DNA of 64,000 nt from Candidatus Latescibacterota bacterium. Lineage in GTDB: Bacteria; Latescibacterota; UBA2968; GCA-2709665. A program made the position numbers and the translations under genes. This document shows, piece by piece, positions 37,073-46,987 of the stretch. The stretch lies in contig OZ244744.1 in the NCBI GenBank assembly GCA_965219455.1, positions 3,488,001 to 3,552,000 on the forward strand. The letters are read 5' to 3'. The notes beneath the pieces are model-generated. The model was not told where the DNA came from, made no database searches, and worked only from the letters and a program-made list of their open reading frames with translations. The number at the start of each line of letters is the position of its first letter. Positions within the stretch are counted from its first letter, which is position 1.

Positions 37073-40000
37073 TCACATGCCATCGCAGCCCGGGAAAATT
37101 ACCACGTTCGGAAGCTCGACCCAATCGCCGGCTCCGACCATTGCCACCGAATACCGGGGTCCGGCATCGCCCCGGGCCACAGGGAAGTCTTCCCATGCCA
37201 TCGGCCCTCTACCCCCGCGGTCGATCCGCCACCCGCCGTCCACCTTTCCGGCCAGCCGTCCCTGCGGCTCGCCCCGGCTGTTCAACAGCGTCATTCCCAC
37301 CAGGGCGTGTGGATTGGACGCGCTTGTGGAAATCCGGTCCGGATGTACGTCCAGCACCGGTCCGCCTGCCACCCGCACGTCTTCGTCCCCAATTGAAAAA
37401 CGTCGCCGGTCGATGACCTTCGCCAGCGTCAGACTGCCGGAGAAACCATCCGACGTCACCGGAATCGCCTGCCCGGGCGGCAGTTCATCTCCAATTGCGG
37501 CGTCGGCAAGCTCAATTGTCCCCTCGGTGTAGTCCACGGCCGAAATCCGGGTCCGTTGCATTCCCGTTCCCGTCATCTGAAAATCGTCCACCGCGAGCAC
37601 CCTGCCGTTGAATAACATCCCTCGCTCCGGACGCCCGTGTTTATCAAGCGACAGAAAGGCCATCTGCCCCGCCACCCTGATGCCGCTCTCCATCGTATGC
37701 TCCCGGTCCCCATCCAGGGCGTGAAACAGATAGTGGATGCTCCCGTCTTCCATTTCCACCCGGACCGCGGCCGCCCCAAACCCGTCCGGTGTCAATTCGA
37801 CCGGTGTCGAACGCCGGATCCATGCCCTGTCTTTATAGGGTTCGAACACCGTGGCAAACCTGCTGGAAAGATCCGGGCCGGTTCGCCGGCGCACCAGGAA
37901 TTTCACGCTCTCGGGCAGGTGTTTGTATTTCTGCACCGGCCCGTCGCATGCGAACAGTTCCTCTTCTTTTCCAATCAGATGCGCTCGAAGCCCGAGGCCG
38001 CGCCACGGGCGTTCCGGCTGGCCGTCAATGGGCTCCGTAAGGCGCCACTCGGCAATCGCCTCCGCATTCAAATGTCCGTTCTGCACGTTGTACAGAAACT
38101 GGTACCCGCTACCCCGGTACCCCGTATACGGCACGCTGGACAATCGCTTATCCTTCAACTCAGGATCGTCGTAGAACTGCTCGTAGGGCACGTCCTCGCC
38201 CGCCAGCGTCCCCGACTCCCGTACCGGCCCCAGGGCGGGCCGACAGTCGAACTCCGCCTGAGTGCCGTGAAGCACGTAGTCGTGCCGGCGGCCCCCGTTC
38301 ACGTAAAATACGTCAAACAGGTAGTGATGTCCGGGCGCCGCCTCAACCAGCATATTCGCCCGCCGGTAGAGATCAACCCTCCCCGCGTAGGCGCCCTCGC
38401 AGGACGCATCGACGGCCTGCGCGAAACCCTCCTTCACCAGTCCGTGCAGCCGTCCCGGCCCTCGCCCTTGTCTCAATTCGTCAACCACCACCGTATTGTG
38501 CGCCACGGTATTGGTGAAAAAACCCGCGAGCCGGTGGTTGAAGGCGTCCGTCTGTTCCGGGTACCCGATATCGGTCAACAGCGCGTTGTCGTGGGAGAAA
38601 AACAGGATGTTCAATTGGTCATAGTGCCGGTGGGCCTGGTGGTCGCCGTAAAAGAACGAAACGGCCGACCGGTTCGTTTCATCTCCGCATTGCAGATTGG
38701 CCATCCCGTATGCCGGAAAATGGAACGACCGCGTGCCGATGTCAGGGTCTTCGCCTTTCGGCAGTTCCGTAAGCTGCGCCTCAACCGGTTTGCTGAACAG
38801 GTCCTGTCGAACGCCCGGCTGCGTCTTCAGAACCCACGCCAGGCGGGCGTCCTTCACGTACGGTAGCGCGAGTTGGCATACGGCAGGCTGCCAGGCGCCC
38901 CCGTGTGCGAACATGTCCCCCGAATCCCCGGTGGAAGGGGTAAACTTCCCGGCAATGCAAACGTCAAACGCCCAGGTTACCAGCTTCTCGTACCGCGGGT
39001 GTTCGAACAGGTTGATGCCCGTATCCACCATCAAGGCCGCCAGTTCCGTCAAATCGTGCACCCAGATCCCGTTGTATCCGAGCGACTCGTGCGGCATGCC
39101 GTCGCGGTACACCAGGTTCTCAAGGGCGTCCCGCAAACCCATATCGGTGTCCCGTACGGGACTCGGGTTCGCCAGAACGTACTGAACCATCTCGCCGCTG
39201 CGCGGACGACCGTCGGTGGTCGCCAGTACCCGCGCAAGTGTCAGCAGCGCCTTCTGATGCATTCCGTAGTTGCCCCTGATCCGCCCGCCCGGCGCGTCCA
39301 TAATGCACCTGGCCGCCTCGAGAAGCAACCGCTCCCGGATCGTGGAGTCAATCTCCGGGCCCGTCTTGCCCGCAAGACACTGGAGTTCCACGTCGTCGTT
39401 CAGATAGGGGCGCACTGCGTCGTACGCGATCGCGCACGTATGCGGGGGTCGCGTTGCCCAGATCATATTGAACAACTTCCCCGTATAGTTGGGGTTGTGT
39501 TCCTTCGTTTCCCTGGACTGCCGTTCGTATTCGTAGTCGGGGTAATACTCCGCCAGCTGCCACAGCAGAAGCGCACATTTATGCGCGTACCGTCGCGCCC
39601 CAACATCATCATCCGCAAGCACTGTCGACTGTCCCAGGACTTCGATCGCCTCCATCAGGAATCGCATCATGCTCCAGTGCGCGTAATATGCCACAAACCA
39701 GTAGTTGGCCGGCACCTGGTCTCCGGGACGATGCCACCCCCATCCATCGTCGGCGTAAGGACCGGTCAGCAGGGACCTGTCTTCCATGCCCGTGGCCAGA
39801 AATGCCTCGAAATCGCTGGATGGATACGTCTCTCCGCCCACGGGACACGTCACTTTATAGGGCCTCTCAAAGTCAATGATCCACCTGTATAGTCCCAGTT
39901 CATGGACTTTGACGCCGTGTACCGGACACCCATCGTTGTGCACCTGATATCCCCGCGGTACCTGAGGCGGTGAAACCAGCGTGCGCAGCTTCGCGTCTTC

Positions 40001-40222
40001 GTAGCCGGCCCAATGCTCCGCCCGTCTCATTATTTCCGATCTCTGCTCCCGAGCCCAGTCGTAGTGCGCCAGATTGTACCGAACCACGTCCATCCGTGCA
40101 TCGGTATAGTAGGCGCGCGCACCGGACGCATAGCCCGGTTGAGCCAATCCGAACAGCAAAACAAGGAAGATGATGGCTGTAAGCACCAGCGCCGGAGAAG
40201 CGGTAAACAAGAGATCAATCAT
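37073..40222 (-). CDS. Heparinase II/III-like polysaccharide lyase, exported
   Basis: Hydrophobic N-terminus; GNYGMH, H-HYDQL, D-GYP, T-AHNTVVVD. Confidence 0.82.
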   Translation of the reverse strand: MIDLLFTASPALVLTAIIFLVLLFGLAQPGYASGARAYYTDARMDVVRYNLAHYDWAREQRSEIMRRAEHWAGYEDAKLRTLVSPPQVPRGYQVHNDGCPVHGVKVHELGLYRWIIDFERPYKVTCPVGGETYPSSDFEAFLATGMEDRSLLTGPYADDGWGWHRPGDQVPANYWFVAYYAHWSMMRFLMEAIEVLGQSTVLADDDVGARRYAHKCALLLWQLAEYYPDYEYERQSRETKEHNPNYTGKLFNMIWATRPPHTCAIAYDAVRPYLNDDVELQCLAGKTGPEIDSTIRERLLLEAARCIMDAPGGRIRGNYGMHQKALLTLARVLATTDGRPRSGEMVQYVLANPSPVRDTDMGLRDALENLVYRDGMPHESLGYNGIWVHDLTELAALMVDTGINLFEHPRYEKLVTWAFDVCIAGKFTPSTGDSGDMFAHGGAWQPAVCQLALPYVKDARLAWVLKTQPGVRQDLFSKPVEAQLTELPKGEDPDIGTRSFHFPAYGMANLQCGDETNRSAVSFFYGDHQAHRHYDQLNILFFSHDNALLTDIGYPEQTDAFNHRLAGFFTNTVAHNTVVVDELRQGRGPGRLHGLVKEGFAQAVDASCEGAYAGRVDLYRRANMLVEAAPGHHYLFDVFYVNGGRRHDYVLHGTQAEFDCRPALGPVRESGTLAGEDVPYEQFYDDPELKDKRLSSVPYTGYRGSGYQFLYNVQNGHLNAEAIAEWRLTEPIDGQPERPWRGLGLRAHLIGKEEELFACDGPVQKYKHLPESVKFLVRRRTGPDLSSRFATVFEPYKDRAWIRRSTPVELTPDGFGAAAVRVEMEDGSIHYLFHALDGDREHTMESGIRVAGQMAFLSLDKHGRPERGMLFNGRVLAVDDFQMTGTGMQRTRISAVDYTEGTIELADAAIGDELPPGQAIPVTSDGFSGSLTLAKVIDRRRFSIGDEDVRVAGGPVLDVHPDRISTSASNPHALVGMTLLNSRGEPQGRLAGKVDGGWRIDRGGRGPMAWEDFPVARGDAGPRYSVAMVGAGDWVELPNVVIFPGCDGM

Positions 40223-40354
40223 TGGAATGCAGTCTCTACGTTCTGTTTGTGTCGGACGGGTGTCGGGCACGAACAGGCGGCGGGAGGTTCCGCCGTGGTG
40301 GGTGACGCGAAAACCGGCATGTTGACCCGGTACTGGAATGTGTCGCAGGATGTT

Positions 40355-42925
40355 TCAGGCGTCGCTATTCTGCTGCCATGTAATGTCAAAGCCAGTAGCC
40401 TGCTGAAATGTGTGCCGCAGAACCTCCTGTTCCGCTTCAACCGGCGCCCTGACAACGGGCACCACGACACGGTTCTGGGCGAGATGGAATTTCGAACTTC
40501 CGCGGACTCCGCACGCTTCCGGCGTTACCCTTCGCACCTCCTGCGCAACCTGCTCCTGGTTCGCCGATTGGCGGATCCGGATCGGCCAGCCGATTTCTTT
40601 CGAGATGCCATTCAGCACTTCCAGATAACGTTCACCAACGCCGGCCGATATGAACGCCGCTTCTATATATAAGCCCGACGCGTCCGACTTCAGCCCCACT
40701 TTATAGGGAACGTGCGGCCGATTCTCGAATATCCGCCGAATCTCGGCGTAAGCCCGGTTGATCTCCCATGCTTCCGGCGGCCCCTTCCTCGTCTTCCTTA
40801 CGATTTCCCTGTCCTTTCGGACCAGCGTCAGCACATATCCAGTTTCAACTGCAAACCGTTTTGCCGCCTCTTCGGCGAGCGCGTCCCAATTCGTTTCCAT
40901 ACATTCCGGCGCCGCCACTTCAACTGTCACCTCCTTTTTCTCCATTCTCAACGCCGGCGCCTTAAGGGCCGTTACACCACTGGGGAGAAGGTCGACGGCT
41001 GTTTCTGCGAGGCGACCCTGGTGGGGCGTTTCCCGAAGGCGTATCTTCCACTTTGTTTCCAACTCCAACCCGCGGATTCGATCGCCGTAACGCGCCGCAA
41101 TCACATCCGGAAAATTAAAGGCCAGTTCGTAAAGCCCGGCTTCCGGATAGGCGCTGCACTTGAAAAGCCCCGCCTCTGGCGGAAACGACGATAACATGCG
41201 GGCCCTGGCCTCGTTCACCTCCATCGGACCGGACGCCGCCTCGGCGTCCTCATCGCCCGCAGCGTGGTAGAGATAGGGCCGGCGGTACTCAATCTCGAAG
41301 GAGGGTTGCTCGCCATCCAGCATCGCCTTGAATGCCTCGAGCTTCGCCAGATCCATCCGCTCCGATCCGTACCAGACTTCCGCAAGATCCTGCGCCCTGA
41401 ACGGTCCCTTCATTCCCGTCTTCAACACATAAGCCCTCACCTCGGTGAGCGCGTCCCGATCCGCAATGCGCCCTCCCGAAAGACCGCGCATCCGGACGAG
41501 CCGCCCGTAGCGGCGGCGGCGCTTATTTACAACCTGTACCGCGTACGTGCCGCCATTTTCAGGCAAATGCGCTCCTTCCGGCAAATAGACATCCAGATCG
41601 GACGCCAGCGAGCTGCGCGCATCCGCATTTCCGTGGACCAGATAGACCGATTGAGGCGCCAATCGACGCACGAGAGACGCCAGTTCGCCGCCGTCCGCGT
41701 GCGCAGACAGTGAATAGGTCTCCACCCGGCAGCCGACATGCACTCGTTGTCCGTTCAACGTCAGCACCCGTTCATTCGCGTCCAACGCCGGTTCGGTCGA
41801 GTCGTCGGACGCGCCCTTCGCCAGATTCAGGAGCGCCTGCCCGGGGGATTCTTCGTCCTGATAACCCGTAATCGCAATCAGATTCTCCGAATTGCCCGCC
41901 ATCCGCGCCGCATAATAGCTCGACGCGCCACCCACCAGCATCCCGGAACTGGCCACAATACAACATGGCGGGCCATTCAAGACCCGGTCCCGATCCGCGG
42001 GCGCGGCCACCGGCACGATATCCTCCGAGTAGAACGGATCGGCCCCTCTCAACACCCGACGCCGCACAGCGGGCGCCAAATCGTCCGGAAATGCCGCGTA
42101 AACCGCGTTCACGGAACGCACCATTCCGTCGACGAACACGGGAAAAACGGGAATCTGCCGTTTGCGCATCGCCCGGGACAGCACGAGAATCACTTCCTGA
42201 GCCCGGCCTACCGCAAAAGCCGGTACCAGCACTTTACCACCCGCGGCAACAACCTCGGCAACCCGCAGAGCCAGTGCGGTTTCCTGCTGCGCGCGATCCG
42301 CGTGCTGGCGGTTGCCGTACGTCGATTCCATAACCACGACGTCAGGTTTGCACTGCGGCACCACCATGCCCGGGATGGTCTGCTGATTGGCCACCGACAC
42401 GTCTCCGGTCATCAGAAGACTCTCCCGCTCCCCTTCAATATAGATGGAGGCCGCGCCCAGAATATGTCCGGCCGGTACCCACGTCGCCCTGATTGCCCCA
42501 CCGCAAATCGGCACTGTAGACAGATAAGAGACAGGGGCCATCCGCCCCACACACGCATCGGCGGCCTCGGGCGGGTACAGGGGCAACTCTCCATCGTGCT
42601 CGCCGCGCTGCTGCATAATCTTAACCGCGTCGCCCAGCAATACGCGCGCAATCGCCCGCGTCGCCCCCGTACAATGAATTGGCACGTTCGCCGGCAGCCC
42701 GCCAATCAAGACCGGGAGCGCTCCGCTATGATCCGTATGGGCGTGTGTCAAAACCACGGCTTCCGGTTTTCCGACCTCGTCCAGAACCGCAAGATTCGGC
42801 AATTGCGCCCCCGGCGATACACCCATTCGAATACCCGCGTCCACAAGTATACGTCGTCCCTCGATTTCCACCAGCGTACACGATGCGCCGACCTCGTCGG
42901 CGCCGCCCAAAAAGTGCAGCCTCAT
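40355..42925 (-). CDS. Metallo-beta-lactamase/beta-CASP RNase (CPSF/YSH1-like) with long C-terminal extension
   Basis: LGGADEVGASC, THAHTDH, AGHILG, ESTYG, FAVGRAQE, SSGMLVGG, LSAHAD. Confidence 0.9.
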   Translation of the reverse strand: MRLHFLGGADEVGASCTLVEIEGRRILVDAGIRMGVSPGAQLPNLAVLDEVGKPEAVVLTHAHTDHSGALPVLIGGLPANVPIHCTGATRAIARVLLGDAVKIMQQRGEHDGELPLYPPEAADACVGRMAPVSYLSTVPICGGAIRATWVPAGHILGAASIYIEGERESLLMTGDVSVANQQTIPGMVVPQCKPDVVVMESTYGNRQHADRAQQETALALRVAEVVAAGGKVLVPAFAVGRAQEVILVLSRAMRKRQIPVFPVFVDGMVRSVNAVYAAFPDDLAPAVRRRVLRGADPFYSEDIVPVAAPADRDRVLNGPPCCIVASSGMLVGGASSYYAARMAGNSENLIAITGYQDEESPGQALLNLAKGASDDSTEPALDANERVLTLNGQRVHVGCRVETYSLSAHADGGELASLVRRLAPQSVYLVHGNADARSSLASDLDVYLPEGAHLPENGGTYAVQVVNKRRRRYGRLVRMRGLSGGRIADRDALTEVRAYVLKTGMKGPFRAQDLAEVWYGSERMDLAKLEAFKAMLDGEQPSFEIEYRRPYLYHAAGDEDAEAASGPMEVNEARARMLSSFPPEAGLFKCSAYPEAGLYELAFNFPDVIAARYGDRIRGLELETKWKIRLRETPHQGRLAETAVDLLPSGVTALKAPALRMEKKEVTVEVAAPECMETNWDALAEEAAKRFAVETGYVLTLVRKDREIVRKTRKGPPEAWEINRAYAEIRRIFENRPHVPYKVGLKSDASGLYIEAAFISAGVGERYLEVLNGISKEIGWPIRIRQSANQEQVAQEVRRVTPEACGVRGSSKFHLAQNRVVVPVVRAPVEAEQEVLRHTFQQATGFDITWQQNSDA

Positions 42926-43113
42926 CTCAACCTCGTATAACATCTGTATACCGGGTCAACTGAACCCGGAACCCGGCTGCCTCCGGCCGACCCGGAAAAG
43001 CGCCTTGCCGTTCCGCGACCCTTTTTTCAGATAAATAGCCCCCGCCAGGCTCCGATGTCAAGCACTTAATCCCAGGCAGCAGGCCCGGAAGACGAGCCCT
43101 ACCGTTCCCGACT

Positions 43114-43142
43114 TGACAGTCAAGGATGCTGGTATTATGATG
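43114..43142 (+). promoter_or_regulatory. sigma70 promoter
   Basis: TTGACA-17-TATGAT upstream of 43243. Confidence 0.6.
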
Positions 43143-43242
43143 GAACGTCTACCGCGGTTTGCCCGCCGGGAGTTCAGGTCCGGATGCCGGCCGTGGACGT
43201 GGTACAAAGAAGCGAGCGTTTTCAGGTGAGAGGAAGGCTTGA

Positions 43243-44514
43243 ATGTACGAATCGAACGCAAGCCGGCAGACGTTGGCGGGTTTTGGCAAGGTAGACGTTA
43301 CGCCTGCGCCGCACGAGTCGTTCGAAATCTACGATCCCATCTTTTTCAGGGCGCTGCACGTGCGGCAGGGCGACCGGCAGGTGACGTTTCTGGCGGCGGA
43401 TATGTTCCTGTTCGACGATATCTGTTTCGACATGATGGCCGCGGATCTGGCGGAGACAGACGTGGACCCCTCCTGGATCCTCGCTGGCGCCAGCCATATG
43501 GGCACAGGGCCGACGCTGTTCCAGTTTTATGTGAATCAGCCCACGGAGGCTCTGAAGGAATTCGGAAACGAGGCCCGTTACGCCCGGGCGGCGGCCGAGG
43601 CGGTGCGAATGGCCCGGGCCGACGTCTCGCCGGCGAGCGTGGCGGTCGGGACGGGGCTGGCGGAGCCGGGATTGCAATACAACCGGCGCGCGCACGATAA
43701 AAAGGGCAATCTGCGAATGGTTTCGCTCACCGAGTTCGAGACGCCGCCGGACACGCTGGAATACGATGCGGTGGATCGACAGGTGGGCGTCGTGCGCTTC
43801 GACCGGGACGGCAAACGGCCGATTGTGCTCACGAATTTCGGTTGTCATGCGCTTGCTCTGTGGGACTTGCGAGGCAACATCTCGGCGGATTACCCCGGTG
43901 TGGTGTGCGGGGAACTTGCCGAACGGGGAATCGACGGCCTTTTCATACAGGGCGCGCTGGGCAATGTGCATCCTGTACGTGAATCGGATGATCCCTGCGG
44001 GCGCATCGGTAGATCGCTCGCGAAAACGGTCCTGGACATCTGCACCGAGCTCACCCCACGGGCGGACGTGGAACTGGGCCTATTCAAACGTACCGAACGG
44101 ATCGAACGGCAGCCCGTGGCGGAAGTCGAGGCGGCCCGGAAGGAATGGCAGGCGAATCCCGCGGCGGCGGAGGGGCTCGCGCGATACGAATACTGGCTGG
44201 CGCAGACTTACCAGGATCAAACCTCCTGTGCGTTTGACTTTCGTGCGATCGTACTCGGCAACAGCGCGTTGATCCATTTTCCTGGCGAGCCGTTTGTGGA
44301 GACCGCGTCTGCGATTCGAGAGGCCGCCGCGTTCGACAGGGTTTTGCTCTTGTGCAACCCGTGCCCCGAGGTCGGGTATCTGCCAACGGCGCACGCGCGC
44401 ATGGAGGGAGATGGCGAGGTCTTGTTCGCGCCTCTCGAGATGGAATCCGAGGCGCAAATCTGTGAAGGAGCGATCGCGTTGTTGCGGGAAGCGCGGGTTA
44501 ATTCAGAAAGTTGA
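43243..44514 (+). CDS. Neutral ceramidase-like hydrolase
   Basis: G-VDVTP, ASH-G-GP, NRR, NFGCH, SADYPG, QGALGN, PGEPF. Confidence 0.75.
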   Translation: MYESNASRQTLAGFGKVDVTPAPHESFEIYDPIFFRALHVRQGDRQVTFLAADMFLFDDICFDMMAADLAETDVDPSWILAGASHMGTGPTLFQFYVNQPTEALKEFGNEARYARAAAEAVRMARADVSPASVAVGTGLAEPGLQYNRRAHDKKGNLRMVSLTEFETPPDTLEYDAVDRQVGVVRFDRDGKRPIVLTNFGCHALALWDLRGNISADYPGVVCGELAERGIDGLFIQGALGNVHPVRESDDPCGRIGRSLAKTVLDICTELTPRADVELGLFKRTERIERQPVAEVEAARKEWQANPAAAEGLARYEYWLAQTYQDQTSCAFDFRAIVLGNSALIHFPGEPFVETASAIREAAAFDRVLLLCNPCPEVGYLPTAHARMEGDGEVLFAPLEMESEAQICEGAIALLREARVNSES

Positions 44515-44526
44515 GCGTGTTGTCCT

Positions 44527-45399
44527 ATGGCTGAAGGATTATTGAAGCGTCTGGAAAAGGGTTTTGTGCTGGGTGATGGGGGGTATCTGATGGGGCTGCG
44601 GCTCAGGGGTTTCGTGAGAATGGGCGCCATGACGCCGCAGGTGGTGGCGACACACCCGGAGGAGGTACGCAGGCTGACGCAGCAATTCAAGGACGCGGGC
44701 GCCGAGGTTCTGCAGACACTCACGTTTTTCGGCACGTCCAACATGCTGAAGCCGGCGGGTTTCGGGGATCGCGCGAAGGAGATCAACACCACGGCCTGCC
44801 GGATCGCGAGAGACGTGGCCGGCGACGATGCGCTGGTTGCGGGTAACCTGAACAGCCCGACCATTTCACTTATGGATTACGATCCCTCCGATGGTGCAAA
44901 ACGGGACCGAACGCGCGCGTGGCTGGACGAGCAACTGCCCTGGATCTGCGACGGGGGCGTTGATTTCCTGATTCTGGAGACATTCTCGTGGCTGGACGAG
45001 GCCCTCCTGGCGCTGGACCTGGCCAGAGGATCGGGACTCCCGCTGGTGGTTACGGTGAGCATGGAGGGAGAAGGATACGCAAAGACGCTGGACGGGTTTT
45101 CGCCGGCGGAATGCGCCAGACAACTGGCTGATGCCGGCGCCGACGTGGTGGGCCTGAACTGCATCTGTCCGCCGTCGGATATGCTTGAGTTTGCAGCCCG
45201 GATGCGACGGGCGGTGGGCGTCCCGGTTTGTTGCCAGCCGTCGGCCTGGCATTCCTGGTGGGATCGGCCCGCGTCCACGGTGACGCAATTCGCCCGGTTC
45301 GCCAGGGATGCGGTGGCGGGGGATATCCGGTACCTGGGATCCTGCTGCGGCGCCGGACCGGAACATGTGCGCGCAATGGCGAAGGCGATGGGAAGATAG
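44527..45399 (+). CDS. Homocysteine S-methyltransferase family protein
   Basis: GDGG, ILETF, Zn ligands GLNC and GSCCG. Confidence 0.9.
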   Translation: MAEGLLKRLEKGFVLGDGGYLMGLRLRGFVRMGAMTPQVVATHPEEVRRLTQQFKDAGAEVLQTLTFFGTSNMLKPAGFGDRAKEINTTACRIARDVAGDDALVAGNLNSPTISLMDYDPSDGAKRDRTRAWLDEQLPWICDGGVDFLILETFSWLDEALLALDLARGSGLPLVVTVSMEGEGYAKTLDGFSPAECARQLADAGADVVGLNCICPPSDMLEFAARMRRAVGVPVCCQPSAWHSWWDRPASTVTQFARFARDAVAGDIRYLGSCCGAGPEHVRAMAKAMGR

Positions 45400-45527
45400 A
45401 GAGATACCCGGGAGCCGGTTCCCAACGAACACGATCGCAGGGTTTCGATTACGACGGTTCCGGCGCCGGACTCGCCCGGTTCGCCAGGGTGTCGGTCGGA
45501 CGGCCGGGCGGCTGCAGGGACCTCTTA

Positions 45528-46601
45528 ATGGGCAACGGGGCGTCTATGTACTATTTGCAGACGGAAGGCGACGCGATGGCAAGGGGTATCGCTCACGGTC
45601 GCGGGGCATCGGATCGGATCGCCGGGTTGATCGATCGATACCGGGAGGAGTTTGCCGATGGGGAGGGCGGCTGGCGGCCGGGGTTGGCGCCGGATGTGCG
45701 GAAGCGAAAGGTGGACCTCTGGACGAAGCAGATCGACAGATTGTTCCCCGACATCGTACGCGAAATAGAGGGGATTGCGGTAGGCGCCGGTTTGCCGTTC
45801 GACGACGTGCTCGAGCTGAATCTCGTCTATGATCTGGATGAGTGCTCATCTCCCGCGTGCAGCGTATTCGGATTCGCCGACAAAGACGGGCGGGTGTGGC
45901 TGGGAAAATCCGACGACCTCGGAAAGAAAGAACTGGGGGCCAACGCGATCCATCACGCCGCGCCAGCGGGTAAACTGAGTTCCGTACAGATACACTTCGT
46001 AGGCACGGTCTGGACGTCGGCGGCCGTAAACGAGGCCGGATTCGGGTTCGGCATGACGGGATTGACCGGTTGCGAACGCCGCCAGGGCGGTGTGCCCGTA
46101 CTGTTTCTATTGCCGTTGATGGCGGAACAGTGCCGTTCCGTGGAAGACGCCGCGGCGTTGTGTGCCGAGTTCGAAATTCCAATGCATGGAATGAGCGTGT
46201 TGATGGGCGACGCCACCGGAGACGTGGCGATTCTGGAAAAACATGTGGCGGGTCAGTCCATCAGGCGTCCGTCAGAGCCCGGAGAAGCCGTGTGGGAGAC
46301 CAACCACTGTCTTGGAAAAGAACTGGTTGGAAAGGACGACCCGGAATCGCCGCTGCTGCAAAACAGCCGGGCTCGAATTGATTTGGTGAGCCAGATGGAG
46401 AAAGCGGTGGCGCGAAGCTTCCAGGGTCTGGTCCGGATGTACCGTACCCACGCCGACCCGGTGGGTATCTGCCAGCACGGCCAGGCCGGGTTGCATACCG
46501 ACAGCGGGTTGATTCTGTGCCCGGGCGAACGGGCGATGTGGGCGACGGAGGGATATCCCTGCTCACATCCCTTCATCCGTCACGAAGTCTCCGACGGATA
46601 G
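45528..46601 (+). CDS. C45 family autoproteolytic acyltransferase/hydrolase
   Basis: EIEGIAVGA, nucleophile ACS, NEAG, TNH, S-RI. Confidence 0.82.
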   Translation: MGNGASMYYLQTEGDAMARGIAHGRGASDRIAGLIDRYREEFADGEGGWRPGLAPDVRKRKVDLWTKQIDRLFPDIVREIEGIAVGAGLPFDDVLELNLVYDLDECSSPACSVFGFADKDGRVWLGKSDDLGKKELGANAIHHAAPAGKLSSVQIHFVGTVWTSAAVNEAGFGFGMTGLTGCERRQGGVPVLFLLPLMAEQCRSVEDAAALCAEFEIPMHGMSVLMGDATGDVAILEKHVAGQSIRRPSEPGEAVWETNHCLGKELVGKDDPESPLLQNSRARIDLVSQMEKAVARSFQGLVRMYRTHADPVGICQHGQAGLHTDSGLILCPGERAMWATEGYPCSHPFIRHEVSDG

Positions 46602-46727
46602 TTCGGTGTCCCGGACAGCGCGATCTTGCTGAGGCACAAAAAAAGCCGGTGGGAACAAGCCCCCGGGGATTTGACCACGGGGGCTTGCGTTAAATGACGA
46701 AGCCGCCAGGACCGGCGGCTGATAATT

Positions 46728-46803
46728 TGGTAGCGGCGGAGGGACTTGAACCCCCGACCCATGGATTATGATTCCACTGCTCTGCCAACTGAGCTACGCC
46801 GCC
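46728..46803 (-). tRNA. tRNA-Met (CAT), elongator-type
   Basis: GGCGGCGTAGCTCAGTTGGCAGAGCAGTGGAATCATAATCCATGGGTCGGGGGTTCAAGTCCCTCCGCCGCTACCA; paired G1 argues against initiator; Ile2 not fully excluded. Confidence 0.95.
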
Positions 46804-46906
46804 ACCTGATTTTCCGAGTCAAAAATACAAGGATCCGGCGTTGATGTCAAGCCGGAAAGCAACGTTGAACGCGGTCCCTGTACCCCGGCGGTTGGTTTGA
46901 AACCCA

Positions 46907-46935
46907 TTGACAATTTTCCTGGAATACGGTACACT
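46907..46935 (+). promoter_or_regulatory. sigma70 promoter of the nfeD operon
   Basis: TTGACA-17-TACACT. Confidence 0.65.
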
Positions 46936-46987
46936 GACATAGAGGATGCGGCGGCTCAAATCCCAACGGCTGAGGGAGTTCTCCGAC

